64,000 bases of DNA from Candidatus Bathyarchaeota archaeon. GTDB taxonomy: Archaea > Thermoproteota > Bathyarchaeia > Bathyarchaeales > Bathycorpusculaceae. Positions within the stretch are counted from its first letter, which is position 1. Each line of letters opens with the position of its first letter. The notes beneath the pieces were generated by a model. The model made no database searches, had not been told where the DNA came from, and saw nothing but the letters and a program-made list of their open reading frames with translations. Shown piece after piece: positions 42,486-52,873 of the stretch. The translations under genes and the position numbers were made by a program. The DNA is taken from NCBI GenBank assembly GCA_963720565.1, contig CAVRFW010000005.1, positions 128,001-192,000 of the forward strand, given 5' to 3'.

Positions 42486-42761
42486 ATGAATGTTCCCAAA
42501 GAAGTCACTACATACTGTCCAAAATGCAAAAAACATCAAGCTCACACAGTAAGCCTATACAAGCCTGGAAAACGTCGTGCCTTGGCAAAAGGCGAACGCC
42601 ACCACGCACGAGAGAAAAAAGGCTATGGTGGGCAAAAATACCCGCTTCAGCACGAATTCGCCAAAACCACTAAGAAACAAACCCTTAGACTCAAGTGCAA
42701 AGTCTGTAACTACATGCGTCACAAGGACGGCATACGCCTAAGAAAACTAGCCATACAGTAA
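42486..42761 (+). CDS. rpl44e: 50S ribosomal protein L44e
   Basis: TYCPKCKKH, GYGGQK, KTTKK. Confidence 0.95.
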   Translation: MNVPKEVTTYCPKCKKHQAHTVSLYKPGKRRALAKGERHHAREKKGYGGQKYPLQHEFAKTTKKQTLRLKCKVCNYMRHKDGIRLRKLAIQ

Positions 42762-42777
42762 GGAGGCGAAACAAAAC

Positions 42778-42975
42778 ATGAGCGACTGGAACAAGCTAAT
42801 TCCTAAACCACGGAGCAATTTCTTGCGCGTAAGATGCCTAAAATGCGGAAACGAACAACAACTCTTCGGAAACGCCACAAACAAGGTAACCTGCAACGTC
42901 TGTGGCGAAACCCTCGCCGAACCGACCGGCGGAAGAGCAAAAATTAAGGGAGAAAAACTCTCAACCCTAGAATAG
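42778..42975 (+). CDS. rps27e: 30S ribosomal protein S27e
   Basis: PRSNFLRVRCLKCG, CNVCG, PTGGRA. Confidence 0.95.
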   Translation: MSDWNKLIPKPRSNFLRVRCLKCGNEQQLFGNATNKVTCNVCGETLAEPTGGRAKIKGEKLSTLE

Positions 42976-42991
42976 GGGAAAAAACAGAGAA

Positions 42992-43099
42992 ATGGCTGCT
43001 GAACGCAAAGCTGAAGAGGTCCTGCAGAGGGTCTCTGACGTCATCATCGTAAACATCACCAAAGACGGCGGACAAGGTATCTTCAGAAGGGAAAAATAA
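42992..43099 (+). pseudogene. eif2a: Internally deleted translation initiation factor aIF2-alpha (35 codons)
   Basis: MAAERKAEEVLQRVSDVIIVNITKDGGQGIFRREK* sits at the conserved aIF2-alpha position between rps27e and nop10 and resembles its two termini joined. Confidence 0.75.
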
Positions 43100-43269
43100 T
43101 GGTCTGGCTCTTGAGAAAATGCCAGAAATGTGAAAGGTACACGCTGAACACTAATCTGTGTCCCAGCTGCGGTGGCGCTGTTCGCATACCGCACCCCCCC
43201 AAGTTTTCACCAGATGATAAATACCTCAAATACAGAATGGCCATAAGGAAGGAGCCGCCAAAGACTTGA
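43099..43269 (+). CDS. nop10: H/ACA RNP protein Nop10
   Basis: Hand-translated 56 aa MVWLLRKCQKCERYTLNTNLCPSCGG...PHPPKFSPDDKYLKYR. Confidence 0.95.
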   Translation: MVWLLRKCQKCERYTLNTNLCPSCGGAVRIPHPPKFSPDDKYLKYRMAIRKEPPKT

Positions 43270-44039
43270 AAGAAACATACATTAAAGAATACGCAGATTT
43301 CCAGATGGACAACCCCATTCTGGTCGAAGGCTTCCCTGGTCTAGGTTTGGTGGGCAAAATCGCGATTCGCTACTTAATAAAGCAGCTCGGAGCCAAACGC
43401 TTTGCCTACCTTTACTCTCCGCATTTCCCGTACTTCGTACTTGTAAACAAAAAGGGGAACATCCGTTTATTGAGAGGCTCCTTCTACTATTGGAAAAACC
43501 CGAAGGGAACAAACGACCTTATTCTCTTTACCGGCGACAGCCAATCCCAAACTATCGAAGGTCAATATGAAATCGCTGATCGCGTACTCGATTTCTCCCA
43601 GAAGCACAATGTAAAGACTATCATTACCATCGGTGGCTACCGGATGGAAGCAAAGGACAAACCTAAAGTTTACGTTGCAGGCACAAGCCAAGTCCTCCTG
43701 GATAAAGCTTTGACTGCAGGGGCTGCTGTAAGTGCTGCGGGAAGCCCAATTGTAGGAACTGCAGGACTGATACTTGGCCTAGCTCGCTTCAAAAGAATTG
43801 AAGCGTTATGCTTGTTGGGCGAAACTCGAGGATACCTGCCTGATCCCATGGCTGCAAGAAGCGTTCTGGAAGTGCTGAAAGCAACCTGTGGTTTTGACTT
43901 GGACTTGGATGGCTTGAATGACGAAATTGCTAAGGCGGAAACAATGGTAACGCGGTTACAAAAAATCGAAGAAAAAAGAGTTATGCAAGCTGAGGAAACT
44001 CGCAAGGAAGAAGATAAAAAAACTACTTACATCTCTTAG
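43266..44039 (+). CDS. PAC2-family proteasome assembly chaperone
   Basis: EGFPGLGLVGK, TGDSQ, GETRGYLPDP. Confidence 0.9.
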   Translation: MKETYIKEYADFQMDNPILVEGFPGLGLVGKIAIRYLIKQLGAKRFAYLYSPHFPYFVLVNKKGNIRLLRGSFYYWKNPKGTNDLILFTGDSQSQTIEGQYEIADRVLDFSQKHNVKTIITIGGYRMEAKDKPKVYVAGTSQVLLDKALTAGAAVSAAGSPIVGTAGLILGLARFKRIEALCLLGETRGYLPDPMAARSVLEVLKATCGFDLDLDGLNDEIAKAETMVTRLQKIEEKRVMQAEETRKEEDKKTTYIS

Positions 44040-45140
44040 TTTGAAAAGAATTTTGGGGTAAGTATTTCCACGATTTTCTCCGCCGCGTTTCCATCTCCGA
44101 AGGGAGATGTATTTGGCAGTTTTCTGCGTTTTGCCATTGTTGCCTCTATTCCGGCCAAGATTTCTTTGCTTTCTGTTCCTACAATCTGGGCAAAGCCAGA
44201 TTCCACGGCTTCGGGTCTCTCAGTTGACAGGCGAATTACCAGAACTGGTTTCTTAATTGCTGGTGCAGTTGCTTCTTCTTGGATTCCTCCAGAATCTGTT
44301 ATTATCAGCTCACTTTTTCTCATAAGCACTAAAAAGTCCAAGTATCCTAGTGGGGGAAGCACCTGAATATTTCCGCACGTTTCGATTCGCTTGTAAATCT
44401 TGCTCTGAAGTAATCGCTTCTTGGTTCGCGGGTGCATAGGGTATATCACTGGCAAAGGAGACTCCTCAAAGGCCTTTACAAAATTCTTTAAAACTGCCAG
44501 GTCATCAACGTTTTCCGCTCTATGGGCTGTCGCTAATACAAACTTTTTAAAGCGAACTTCCTTCAATATTTCCGATTTCTTTTCTGCTATGGGCATGTGC
44601 TGCATAACTGCATCTATAACGGTGTTTCCAGTTACGTAAATTTTGCCCCAAACATTTTCTTTTTTCAAGTTCACTTCTGAATTCGTAGTTGGGGCAAACA
44701 GGTACTCGGACAAGTGGTCAGTTAGCCGTCGGTTGTGCTCTTCAGGCATGCGCAGGTCATAGCTTCTCAAACCGGCTTCCACATGCCCTACTGGTATTCC
44801 TCGCTTGTTTGCTGCCAACGCTGCTGCCAGCACACTGTTGGTGTCGCCCTCAACTAATACAATAGAGGGTGCAGTTTCTTTCAACAATTTGTCCATTTGC
44901 AGCATTATTCTTGCCGTCTGTGCGCCATGCTGAATAGGATTTTATCTTGAAAGAGTAATCTGGAAAAGGAAGCTCGAGGTTTTCAATAAACTGTTTCGAC
45001 ATGTTGTAGTCATAGTGTTGTCCGCAATGAACAAAAAACATGGGGATTTTGTGCTTTTGCAGTGCCCTTATGATTGGAGCCATCTTTATGATTTCTGGTC
45101 TTGTGCCTGCGATAACCCCGACTTTCCTCGTGTTTTCCAT
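44036..45140 (-). CDS. wecB: UDP-GlcNAc 2-epimerase, frameshifted near 44930
   Basis: GTRPEIIK and GQHYD in one frame; HGAQTA, EGDT, HVEAGLRS, PEE, DSGGIQEE in the next. Confidence 0.9.
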
Positions 45141-45146
45141 GCCTTC

Positions 45147-47183
45147 CTATGTTTTCTTTAGGTAGCCTTCTTTGGGTTCGTAGATTGTGCCTTCACGCAG
45201 CAATTGCCCCAGCATGCGTTCGCTTTCGGTTCTCGGGATCTTGTGTTTCAGCTCCAGTTCGTTCAACAGCTTGGTTTTTTCGACGATGCTCGTTTCTTTT
45301 TCCATGTCTATCAGCATTGAGAGGACTATTTGTAGTCTGTCGCGTACGCTCTTGGGTTTTCCAGTCATTATTATGTCGATGTCCATTTTGTATGAGGATA
45401 GATCTATGCCGACTTCTCCCAGAGATCTTTTCATTATTGCTATGGCGGCTTCCGCGTCTTCAGCTGTTACTTCTTTTCTAAGTGCAACGCGGGCTCTTGC
45501 TTCGGCTATGCGAACGAGTGATTCTAGCTGGCGAGCGGTTATTGCCACCGGCGATCCTTCGGTTTCGCTTGCTGCGCGCATTGCTAGATAGAAATCTCTG
45601 AGGCGTTCTAACGCTTCGTTGCTCAGTGTTGGTTTGATTCCTTTGGCGTAACTTACGTACTTTCGCATTAGTTCAACTTCTATTTGCGTTTCTACAGGGC
45701 TAGATCCTCTTCTGTGGATTTCGAGGATGTGTGTTGACATTTTTCCGTCAGCCTCTTTGTCTGGCACATCGCGCAAGACGAAAATCAGGTCGAATCGGGA
45801 AAGTATTGTTACTGGGAGGGATATGTTTTCTGCTACCGTTCTGTGGGGTTCATATCTGCCAAGTGAGGGGTTTGCAGCTGCTAGTATCGCTGTTCGAGCG
45901 TTTAGTGTCGCTACAATTCCTCCTTTGGCGACGGAAACAGTGTGTTGCTCCATGGCTTCGTGTATCGCTACTCGGTCTTCAGGGCGCATTTTGTCCATTT
46001 CGTCGATGCATGCTATTCCTTTGTCGGCCAGTACGAGTGCACCTGCTTCGAGGCTCATGCTGCCTCCTTTTTCTCGAATTACTGCGGCGGTTAACCCAGC
46101 GGCTGTCGTTCCACGTCCTGAAGTGTAGAGGCCACGCGGTGCTATTCGGGCTACATACTGCAGAAGTTGTGATTTGGCTGTGCCGGGATCACCGATTAGG
46201 AGTGCATTCATCTCGCCTCTTATGGTTATGTCCGGGAGACTTTTTGAGACGCCGCCAAAGAGGAGGTACATTATGGCTTCTTTAATGTGTTCATACCCGT
46301 AGATTGAGGGTGCAATCGAGCTTATTATTTTTCTGTGAACCCATGGGTCTTTCGCAAGTTGAAGTATCTTCTCTTCTTCTTCAACTGAAGGCGGCGATGT
46401 TTCGGGTTCCTTGCCTAGCACTTCAAGTGAATTGGCATCTAGTTGAAGTATGAATGTTCGGAGTTTGCCGATTCCTGGTCGTGAGGGTGCGAATGCACGG
46501 ACGATGCCAACTATCGAGACGTGGTCACCGGGTCGGGCTAGATCAACTATTTCTCCTCCGACGAGTTTGACACTAAGAGTGCGTGGGAGCTGTCCGGGTG
46601 GGAGGTCTTCTGGTTTTTCTTGGAGGCGTAGGTCTTGTGAGTCTATGAAGGTTGATTCTTCTTGAATGAATTCAAATGGGCCATTTTGTCCGCAGTCGGG
46701 ACTTGGGCATACTGTTGGTGCTTTCAAGAATTGCCCAGTCTGCTCGACATGGCTTGTTGTTCCGCATCTTTTGCATTTGAATGATGCCATCATAACCATT
46801 GGACGCACAGGTGTTGCTCTGACCACGATGCCTTCGATCATGACCAGTTTTCCCATCTGTTTTGAACCGAGTTTTCTAAGTTGTTCTTTTCCGAGAAGCT
46901 GCACTATGCGAACAGTAGTTTTCTCCAGTTTTAGGGCATATTCTGAATCTTCTATTCCGAGTTGCGCATACGCAGCGTTGCCCGCATGTTGCAGGAAAGC
47001 ATCAGGTTTTTCCAGAAGTATCTCTGCAAGTCTCTGGTCAAACGCGAAGAGTTCCTCAAACTCTATTGTGATTGATTCTTTTCCTGTTATGGACATTTGT
47101 GAGATTCTTTGGCGGTATTTTTCTTTCTTAAAGAATTCCAGAAAACGTTCTTGCGGATCTACTGTTTCGAGTGCCTTGGTCAT
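45147..47183 (-). CDS. mcm: MCM replicative helicase
   Basis: GDPGTAKSQ, IDEMDKM, SRFD, TARQLES; no intein. Confidence 0.97.
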   Translation of the reverse strand: MTKALETVDPQERFLEFFKKEKYRQRISQMSITGKESITIEFEELFAFDQRLAEILLEKPDAFLQHAGNAAYAQLGIEDSEYALKLEKTTVRIVQLLGKEQLRKLGSKQMGKLVMIEGIVVRATPVRPMVMMASFKCKRCGTTSHVEQTGQFLKAPTVCPSPDCGQNGPFEFIQEESTFIDSQDLRLQEKPEDLPPGQLPRTLSVKLVGGEIVDLARPGDHVSIVGIVRAFAPSRPGIGKLRTFILQLDANSLEVLGKEPETSPPSVEEEEKILQLAKDPWVHRKIISSIAPSIYGYEHIKEAIMYLLFGGVSKSLPDITIRGEMNALLIGDPGTAKSQLLQYVARIAPRGLYTSGRGTTAAGLTAAVIREKGGSMSLEAGALVLADKGIACIDEMDKMRPEDRVAIHEAMEQHTVSVAKGGIVATLNARTAILAAANPSLGRYEPHRTVAENISLPVTILSRFDLIFVLRDVPDKEADGKMSTHILEIHRRGSSPVETQIEVELMRKYVSYAKGIKPTLSNEALERLRDFYLAMRAASETEGSPVAITARQLESLVRIAEARARVALRKEVTAEDAEAAIAIMKRSLGEVGIDLSSYKMDIDIIMTGKPKSVRDRLQIVLSMLIDMEKETSIVEKTKLLNELELKHKIPRTESERMLGQLLREGTIYEPKEGYLKKT

Positions 47184-47184
47184 C

Positions 47185-47745
47185 TTACTGTTTTCCTCCC
47201 GAGCATTCCAGTATCTGGGCTTTCCAGTCGCCGATTATCTTGCTGAGTTGTTCATAAATTGTTCTTTCTTCTTCTGTGATTTTCTTTAGAACCTGATCAG
47301 TTTGCCCCGGACCTGAAGAAGATAGTGCCACTATTTTTTTAAGTCTGGAATTCACGATGTCCCCTGCCAGTTGCTTGGTCTTCTCGAATTCTTGGATTTT
47401 CTCCGGCTTTCTGGCTATTTCTCCCTTTATGTTTGCAAGGTATCGGCGAAGTTTAGGATAGAAGTCTTCAGGAAGCTCGGATATTTGTCCAGCGATTTGG
47501 ACACGCTCCTTCCACACGATCTTGTACAGTTTGGTTGCGTCTAAACAATCGTCCTCTCGGAAATGGGCAATTCCTTGATTTGTGATTTCTTGTCCTATCC
47601 AATAGTGGACTTCGTATTCGTTTCCCTCTTCGAAAGGACCTACGGATAATCCTGCAAGTTTAATTTCGGGATAGTTTCTGTCAGCGATAATTTTCACTAG
47701 AGAGTTTTCAAAGCAAAAATCCAAGTTTTTGTTGCTCATTCGCAT
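47185..47745 (-). CDS. GINS23 subunit
   Basis: N-terminal B domain, ELPEDFY, RLKKI, TEEE; immediately upstream of mcm. Confidence 0.85.
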   Translation of the reverse strand: MRMSNKNLDFCFENSLVKIIADRNYPEIKLAGLSVGPFEEGNEYEVHYWIGQEITNQGIAHFREDDCLDATKLYKIVWKERVQIAGQISELPEDFYPKLRRYLANIKGEIARKPEKIQEFEKTKQLAGDIVNSRLKKIVALSSSGPGQTDQVLKKITEEERTIYEQLSKIIGDWKAQILECSGGKQ

Positions 47746-48126
47746 CTTCTTTTTCCCCCGGAGGTCTCTTGACTTCTATTCTACTCAGCTTCACAAGATA
47801 TAAGCAGAGCAGTTTAAAGATTTAGATGAAACAATTTGAGAATCTGCGGAGTCTGTTGGAAAATTTTGGATTATTGAGAAAGCGAGGAACAGTGGTTTTC
47901 CAAGGGCATAGCCAAAGTGTTGTCATTGAACTGGAATGTACGGGTGCCAAGAAGTTTTAGACTTCTACCAAAGCTGGGAAAGAATCGTAGAGCAAGTCTT
48001 CGGAAACAATACCCCGAAGACAGCAGTCGAGTGAGTCAGAAAACCACGCACTGCCTTTCTTTCAAGTTTTACAACTGTAACTTCTGAACGGCTACCTCCA
48101 ACAGAGGTTCAATTGTGCGCTTCTGA

Positions 48127-48930
48127 CTAAGACTTCTGTGTGAGTAAAACTGTAATATTATCCCCAAGCTTTACCTCAAACTTCTCGGCCGCGCTGCTCT
48201 GGTTTACTGCTATTTCCAGATAACCGTGGCTCCCGATCAAAGCAAGAGGCTCCGCCGGTTTCGCTTCTCCATAAGTTTTGTAGAATTTAAATCTCACTTT
48301 ACGACCCGAAAGCTTGATGTCAAGTTGACTGCAAAGCGCAAGACTGCTAATTTGGGCTTCAGTTATATTCGTGATTATGTTTCCAAAACCATCGAGGTGC
48401 AAAACCTTCCCCACTATAGACTCCTTTCCGCTGACGATTCTTGTAAACTCAGGCCTAACAATCTCTTTGACTTCGGACCCGACTTCAAAGGCTGCTACTC
48501 CCTTAGCGAGGTGTGCTGCAACTGGAGCAAAAATGTCTCTTCCGTGAAAAGTACTTGAAATAACAGGTAGCATGAAACATGGGTTGCTTATTTCGTAAAC
48601 ATGCTCGATGCCAGCTCTCTCAGCAGCGAGACTCAGCACGCCGTTATCAGGTCCAATCAAAAAGCCTTGCTTTGTTTGTATCAGTATCGACCGCCTTCTA
48701 GTGCCGACGCCAGGGTCGACGACAGCTACGTGTATGGTGCCTTTTGGGAAGTAGTCTGTTGCAGCAGACAAAATATATGCGCCCATTTGGATATTGAATT
48801 TCTCTATTTCATGCGAAATATCGATCAGTGTAGCCTCTGGGTATATTCCCAGGACTGCTGCTTTCATCTCAGCTACGTAGGGATCTTTCATTCCAAAATC
48901 TGATGTTAAGGTTATTATTTTGCGAGACAT
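48127..48930 (-). CDS. SAM hydroxide adenosyltransferase (DUF62) family
   Basis: TSDFG, VVDPGVG, GPDNG, STFHGRDIF, LEIAVN. Confidence 0.92.
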   Translation of the reverse strand: MSRKIITLTSDFGMKDPYVAEMKAAVLGIYPEATLIDISHEIEKFNIQMGAYILSAATDYFPKGTIHVAVVDPGVGTRRRSILIQTKQGFLIGPDNGVLSLAAERAGIEHVYEISNPCFMLPVISSTFHGRDIFAPVAAHLAKGVAAFEVGSEVKEIVRPEFTRIVSGKESIVGKVLHLDGFGNIITNITEAQISSLALCSQLDIKLSGRKVRFKFYKTYGEAKPAEPLALIGSHGYLEIAVNQSSAAEKFEVKLGDNITVLLTQKS

Positions 48931-49186
48931 AGCGTATAATATGTTTCATGCTACTCTTGACATTTTCCTTCATTTGTAGCAGGCTCTAAGAATTCACTTG
49001 CAGTTTTTGCTTTTCTGCAACTTTTCCTTAGCCCGGCAAATGTGAACAAAGAATTTGTAGGTCTGGTTTGTTCAACAGAGAAGTAAGGTCTCTTAGAATA
49101 TCTAATGTTAACCTAATCTCAGTGACTTTGAATGTTACAGTCTGCTGCTCAAACGCAGCTGCTACTTGTGAAGAGAGGTCAGTTTC

Positions 49187-49471
49187 CTAACCTCCATGTA
49201 TAACCGGCACAAAAACTACTTCGTCCAGATCCTTTATCTTCGTTTCCAACCCGCTAAGAACGCTGATTTCTCTTCCATTTACAAGAATAAGCGCGTTTGT
49301 GATTTGCTCTTTAGACTGATTGTCCGTCAAGGCTCTCTTGAGTTCAGGTTTTTCTCGGACAATTTCGTTGATCAAATCTCTTATTGATGAGTCTTCGGCA
49401 AAATCTCTTTTGAGTTTATCAGCACCTGAAGCATGACGTAGAGCACCCACAAACTTTAAGGTTATTGCCAT
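49187..49471 (-). CDS. Ubiquitin-like MoaD/ThiS (SAMP) protein
   Basis: ILVNGR and C-terminal HGG. Confidence 0.88.
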   Translation of the reverse strand: MAITLKFVGALRHASGADKLKRDFAEDSSIRDLINEIVREKPELKRALTDNQSKEQITNALILVNGREISVLSGLETKIKDLDEVVFVPVIHGG

Positions 49472-49512
49472 TTTCTGTTTTTCCGACTATTTGGCGTCAT
49501 TGTCAGGGTTCT

Positions 49513-49891
49513 TTAGATATCTGCTACCTTCTCTTCAGTGAAGGTCTCCACAATGTCTGTTGCAATCTGGACCAGAGTGTCAGCCTGTTTCATCATCGCT
49601 TCCTCGTTTACTTCCTCAAGCTGGGCTAGCTGTTGGACGATTCCTTCAATTTCAATGAGAAAACGCAGAACCGAATCCTTCGCTGGTTGAGGTTTTCCTC
49701 CTTCCTCGCGTAAGAGAATCTCGATGAAAGCTGGTTCTCCAAGGCTGTAATAGATGGCGCTTCGGGCTTTCCTGATGGCTTCTAGCACTAGACTAGGTGC
49801 CATGTAAGGTATTTTCCGTGCTGCTTCCAACTCCGCCTTTGCTTCGCGTAGGTATCTGAGCGCCCATCCCCGTCTGTAGTAGTCCATCATG
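49513..49891 (-). CDS. All-helical hypothetical protein
   Basis: Likely start MMDYYRRGWALRYLREA; lies between rps17e and the SAMP gene. Confidence 0.7.
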
Positions 49892-49915
49892 AGGATTTTT
49901 CCGATTATGAGTTCT

Positions 49916-50152
49916 TTAGTCTGAGAATTCTTCCTCTTCTTCCATATCCTCACTGGAAGACTCCGATTCAGCCAATGACAAGGTGCGTGTGATGTATCCC
50001 GCGATTTGATTTCTCACTCTTACAGTTGTGCCTATTGTGAGGACTTGAACTTTGCGTTTATTGTTATCAAAATTATTGGAAAACTTGGCTGGAAATCTTT
50101 CCAGTAGTTCTTTAGCTACTCTCTTAATCTGTTCAGTCTTGACTTTTCCCAA
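49916..50152 (-). CDS. rps17e: 30S ribosomal protein S17e
   Basis: MGKVKT, F-x2-NK, RNQIAGYIT. Confidence 0.95.
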   Translation of the reverse strand: MGKVKTEQIKRVAKELLERFPAKFSNNFDNNKRKVQVLTIGTTVRVRNQIAGYITRTLSLAESESSSEDMEEEEEFSD

Positions 50153-50358
50153 GTAACAGTCCGCCTGATTATTATCTGTCTTTTTGGTCTTTCAACTTCT
50201 GAAATGGTCAAAAGCAATCACAATAGGAGAAGAGCCTGAATTTAAGCTTACGCTTTAGTAATTACATTTGGAGTATCGGAAGCGGTTGTCTTTCTTGTTT
50301 TTCTGCTAAATATATATGTTAGCAAAAGAAGAATATGATGCGCTGAACTGAGGGTTAA

Positions 50359-50661
50359 TTGTTGCCAGTTCCACAGGTTAAGAAAGGCAAGTGGTCGAAA
50401 GAAAGAGAGAGAACCAAATCTGGCAGATGGAGAAAAAAACGCTCTGACGCCGATCAACCTAGAAGCAAAAAACGCTCCCGCCTCAAATACGCCTTGGTCT
50501 TGATAGCGTTAATAGTGTGTGCGTTGGTTGTTCTTTATATCTTCTTCCCGGAATTTTGGGCATCGATTAACCCTTTCGCGAGTGACTTAGGTGATTGTGG
50601 GCAGCAACGCTGTTCCGTAGTTAGTTTAGTTTTATTCCAAAGAATATTTCAAAGTTTTTAG
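50359..50661 (+). CDS. Small protein with basic N-terminus and one TM
   Basis: RTKSGRWRKKRSDA then YALVLIALIVCALVVLYIFF; 3' end overlaps tatD by 41 bp. Confidence 0.5.
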   Translation: MLPVPQVKKGKWSKERERTKSGRWRKKRSDADQPRSKKRSRLKYALVLIALIVCALVVLYIFFPEFWASINPFASDLGDCGQQRCSVVSLVLFQRIFQSF

Positions 50662-51400
50662 ATATCTGCTCTGCAACTTCAACAACAGTCATGTTCTTGA
50701 CTTCCGCTATTGCTTCGACCACTGTTCGTATGAATGAAGGACTCGTTAGCTGACCGCTGTAGGGGCGTTTCCTGTATGTTACGGGTCCGTCTGTTTCTGT
50801 TAATAGGTTTGTTAGAGGTACCTTTTTTACGACTTCCCGGATGCCGTTGGAGTAAGCTACTGGCGGACCTTCAGTTATATAGTATCCTTTCTCAACAGCT
50901 TTGTATAGTGCACTCATAGGGTGACTGAACCAGTGAAGCAGAACCCTGTCAAGACGGTATGACGGTAACATCTCCACGATTTTATCTGTTGTGCCGCGCG
51001 AATGGATTATCACCGGCAATCCAAGTTCTTCAGCCAAGTGCAGCATTGTGTCAAAAACTGCGAGTTGCTTGTCCCATATGGCTTCGTACTTGTAGTCTAA
51101 ACCGATTTCACCTATAGCAGTCACGGCCTTTCTTTGACTGTTTTCCCTGATCAGTTTCACCACGTTTTCCAATTCGTTCTCTTGCAGCACATTCACGTTC
51201 CAGGGGTGGATTCCCAAAGCGGGATAAATAAAATTGGGATATTTTTCAGCCAGCTTCAAATTTCCGATGCTTGTCTTCAAATCCATAGAATTCGAGACTA
51301 ACGCGACAACATTGGAGTCTCTTGCTTCTGCTACAAGCTGTTCGGTGTGCTCAGCATATTCTGCGTCGGAAAAATGAATGTGCGCATCAATCAGTTTCAT
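50621..51400 (-). CDS. tatD: TatD-family nuclease
   Basis: DAHIH, GIHP, GEIGLD, HSR, ETDGP. Confidence 0.93.
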   Translation of the reverse strand: MKLIDAHIHFSDAEYAEHTEQLVAEARDSNVVALVSNSMDLKTSIGNLKLAEKYPNFIYPALGIHPWNVNVLQENELENVVKLIRENSQRKAVTAIGEIGLDYKYEAIWDKQLAVFDTMLHLAEELGLPVIIHSRGTTDKIVEMLPSYRLDRVLLHWFSHPMSALYKAVEKGYYITEGPPVAYSNGIREVVKKVPLTNLLTETDGPVTYRKRPYSGQLTSPSFIRTVVEAIAEVKNMTVVEVAEQISKNFEIFFGIKLN

Positions 51401-51639
51401 TGTTATGGCCCCTGCTCTGTTATGTTTAGTGTGGTCTTCTTATGATGTTCTTTAATTTTGTGGTGAACTTTGCTCCAGATTCATTATCTTAGCTTTTAGA
51501 GTGATCCTTCGGTTTGGATTTTTGAGAATTAAACGTGGAATACGGTTTGTTCTCATGTTTAAACGATTTTAGCCGATACTATTCACCGAAAAGCCTAAAT
51601 ATAGCTTTAAAAAGAAAAAGAAGCTACGGAGAAGTCTTT

Positions 51640-51861
51640 ATGACCGATTTGGAATTAGCTGTTGCTCCCATGCATAGATTATGTAAGAAAGCAGGCGCTG
51701 ATCGAGTGAGTGAAGCCGCAGCAAAAGAGTTAGCTAAGGCCCTAGAGGAAATCGGCGTGAAAATTGCAAGAGAGGCTTTGGATTTCGCAATGCACGCTGG
51801 CAGAAAAACAATAAAATCTGAAGATATTGAAATCGCAGCCAAGAAAGTCATGGGCAAATAA
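51640..51861 (+). CDS. Archaeal histone (HMf type)
   Basis: [28 protein letters not shown]. Confidence 0.95.
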   Translation: MTDLELAVAPMHRLCKKAGADRVSEAAAKELAKALEEIGVKIAREALDFAMHAGRKTIKSEDIEIAAKKVMGK

Positions 51862-52205
51862 GTAGCAAGCTTTCCCTTTCTCTTCTTTTTTGTTTAGACT
51901 CCGCTCATTAGTGTGAGTAGGTGCTTCTCGCACCCACGGTGCATCGTCTTTCTGTTCTGGGCAGACTAATCCAGCGTCTGCCAACTAAATCATGCGAATT
52001 TGGCATGCTCTTTTTTTGCGTCCTTAGATTACTTCTGATACACAATTATTTTGTGCGGTGGTGACAAACAAACTAGAGGGATGAGTTTTCGTCTTTTCTT
52101 TAGCATCGTTTCACTTGCGAACTCAAGTTGCCCTTTTAGCTCAAAAAATAGCAAAAAATAGATAAATAGCGACGTCCTCTGTCGTAACCACTTAGAGGAA
52201 TTTGA

Positions 52206-52643
52206 ATGGCAAGTAATCTCGTAGTAAGAGACATCATGACCAAAGACGTCCATGTCGTAGGAAATGACACTAGCGTTGCAGAAGTAGTAGCAGCCATGGC
52301 TAAAAACGACTTAGGCTACGTCATGGTGGAAATGAGCGGCAAACCAACAGGCATCATAACGGAGCACGACATCATAGTCCGACTAGTAACCCAAGGCATA
52401 GCACCCAGCTCAGTCATAGCCCGAATGGTTTACACCAACCCGATATTCACAGTAAATGAAGATGCGACAATCGACGAAGCAGTCAAACTCATGAACCACT
52501 GGGGGGTCAAACATCTGCCCGTAACAGGCAAGGAAGGCGAACTCGTCGGTGTGCTGACAGCAGAAAACGTTTTGTTCGCGGTTCCTTCAATGATATCAAC
52601 ATTGGAAGAGCTCTATCGCCCCGGCTTCAAACGAGTCAGATAA
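52206..52643 (+). CDS. CBS-domain pair protein
   Basis: VRDIMT, GIITEHDI, VKHLPV. Confidence 0.9.
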   Translation: MASNLVVRDIMTKDVHVVGNDTSVAEVVAAMAKNDLGYVMVEMSGKPTGIITEHDIIVRLVTQGIAPSSVIARMVYTNPIFTVNEDATIDEAVKLMNHWGVKHLPVTGKEGELVGVLTAENVLFAVPSMISTLEELYRPGFKRVR

Positions 52644-52873
52644 GCAACTTTCCTATTGAAACAAAAAGTTTTGCAAAGTTCAGATGTACGTTGAGAGTTT
52701 CAGAATCACAAGACACTAAGAAAACGCAGCTTTGCCACACCCTTTTTCTTTCCTCTACGCGTGCAGAGGTAAGCGATCTTATAATTTTCACATTTTCTTT
52801 GGCAACAAAATGAAAACAATGAAAAAAATAGAAGGGCAGAAAAACTGCCGGCTTGTACGCCAATTACTGAAGG

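Noticed and set aside
2911..47183. Inteins in DP2, Cdc6 or MCM
   Set aside because: Lengths are normal and no splice-junction or LAGLIDADG motifs were seen.
45149..47289. Long plus-strand ORFs opposite mcm
   Set aside because: Antisense shadows of a conserved gene with no protein-like features.
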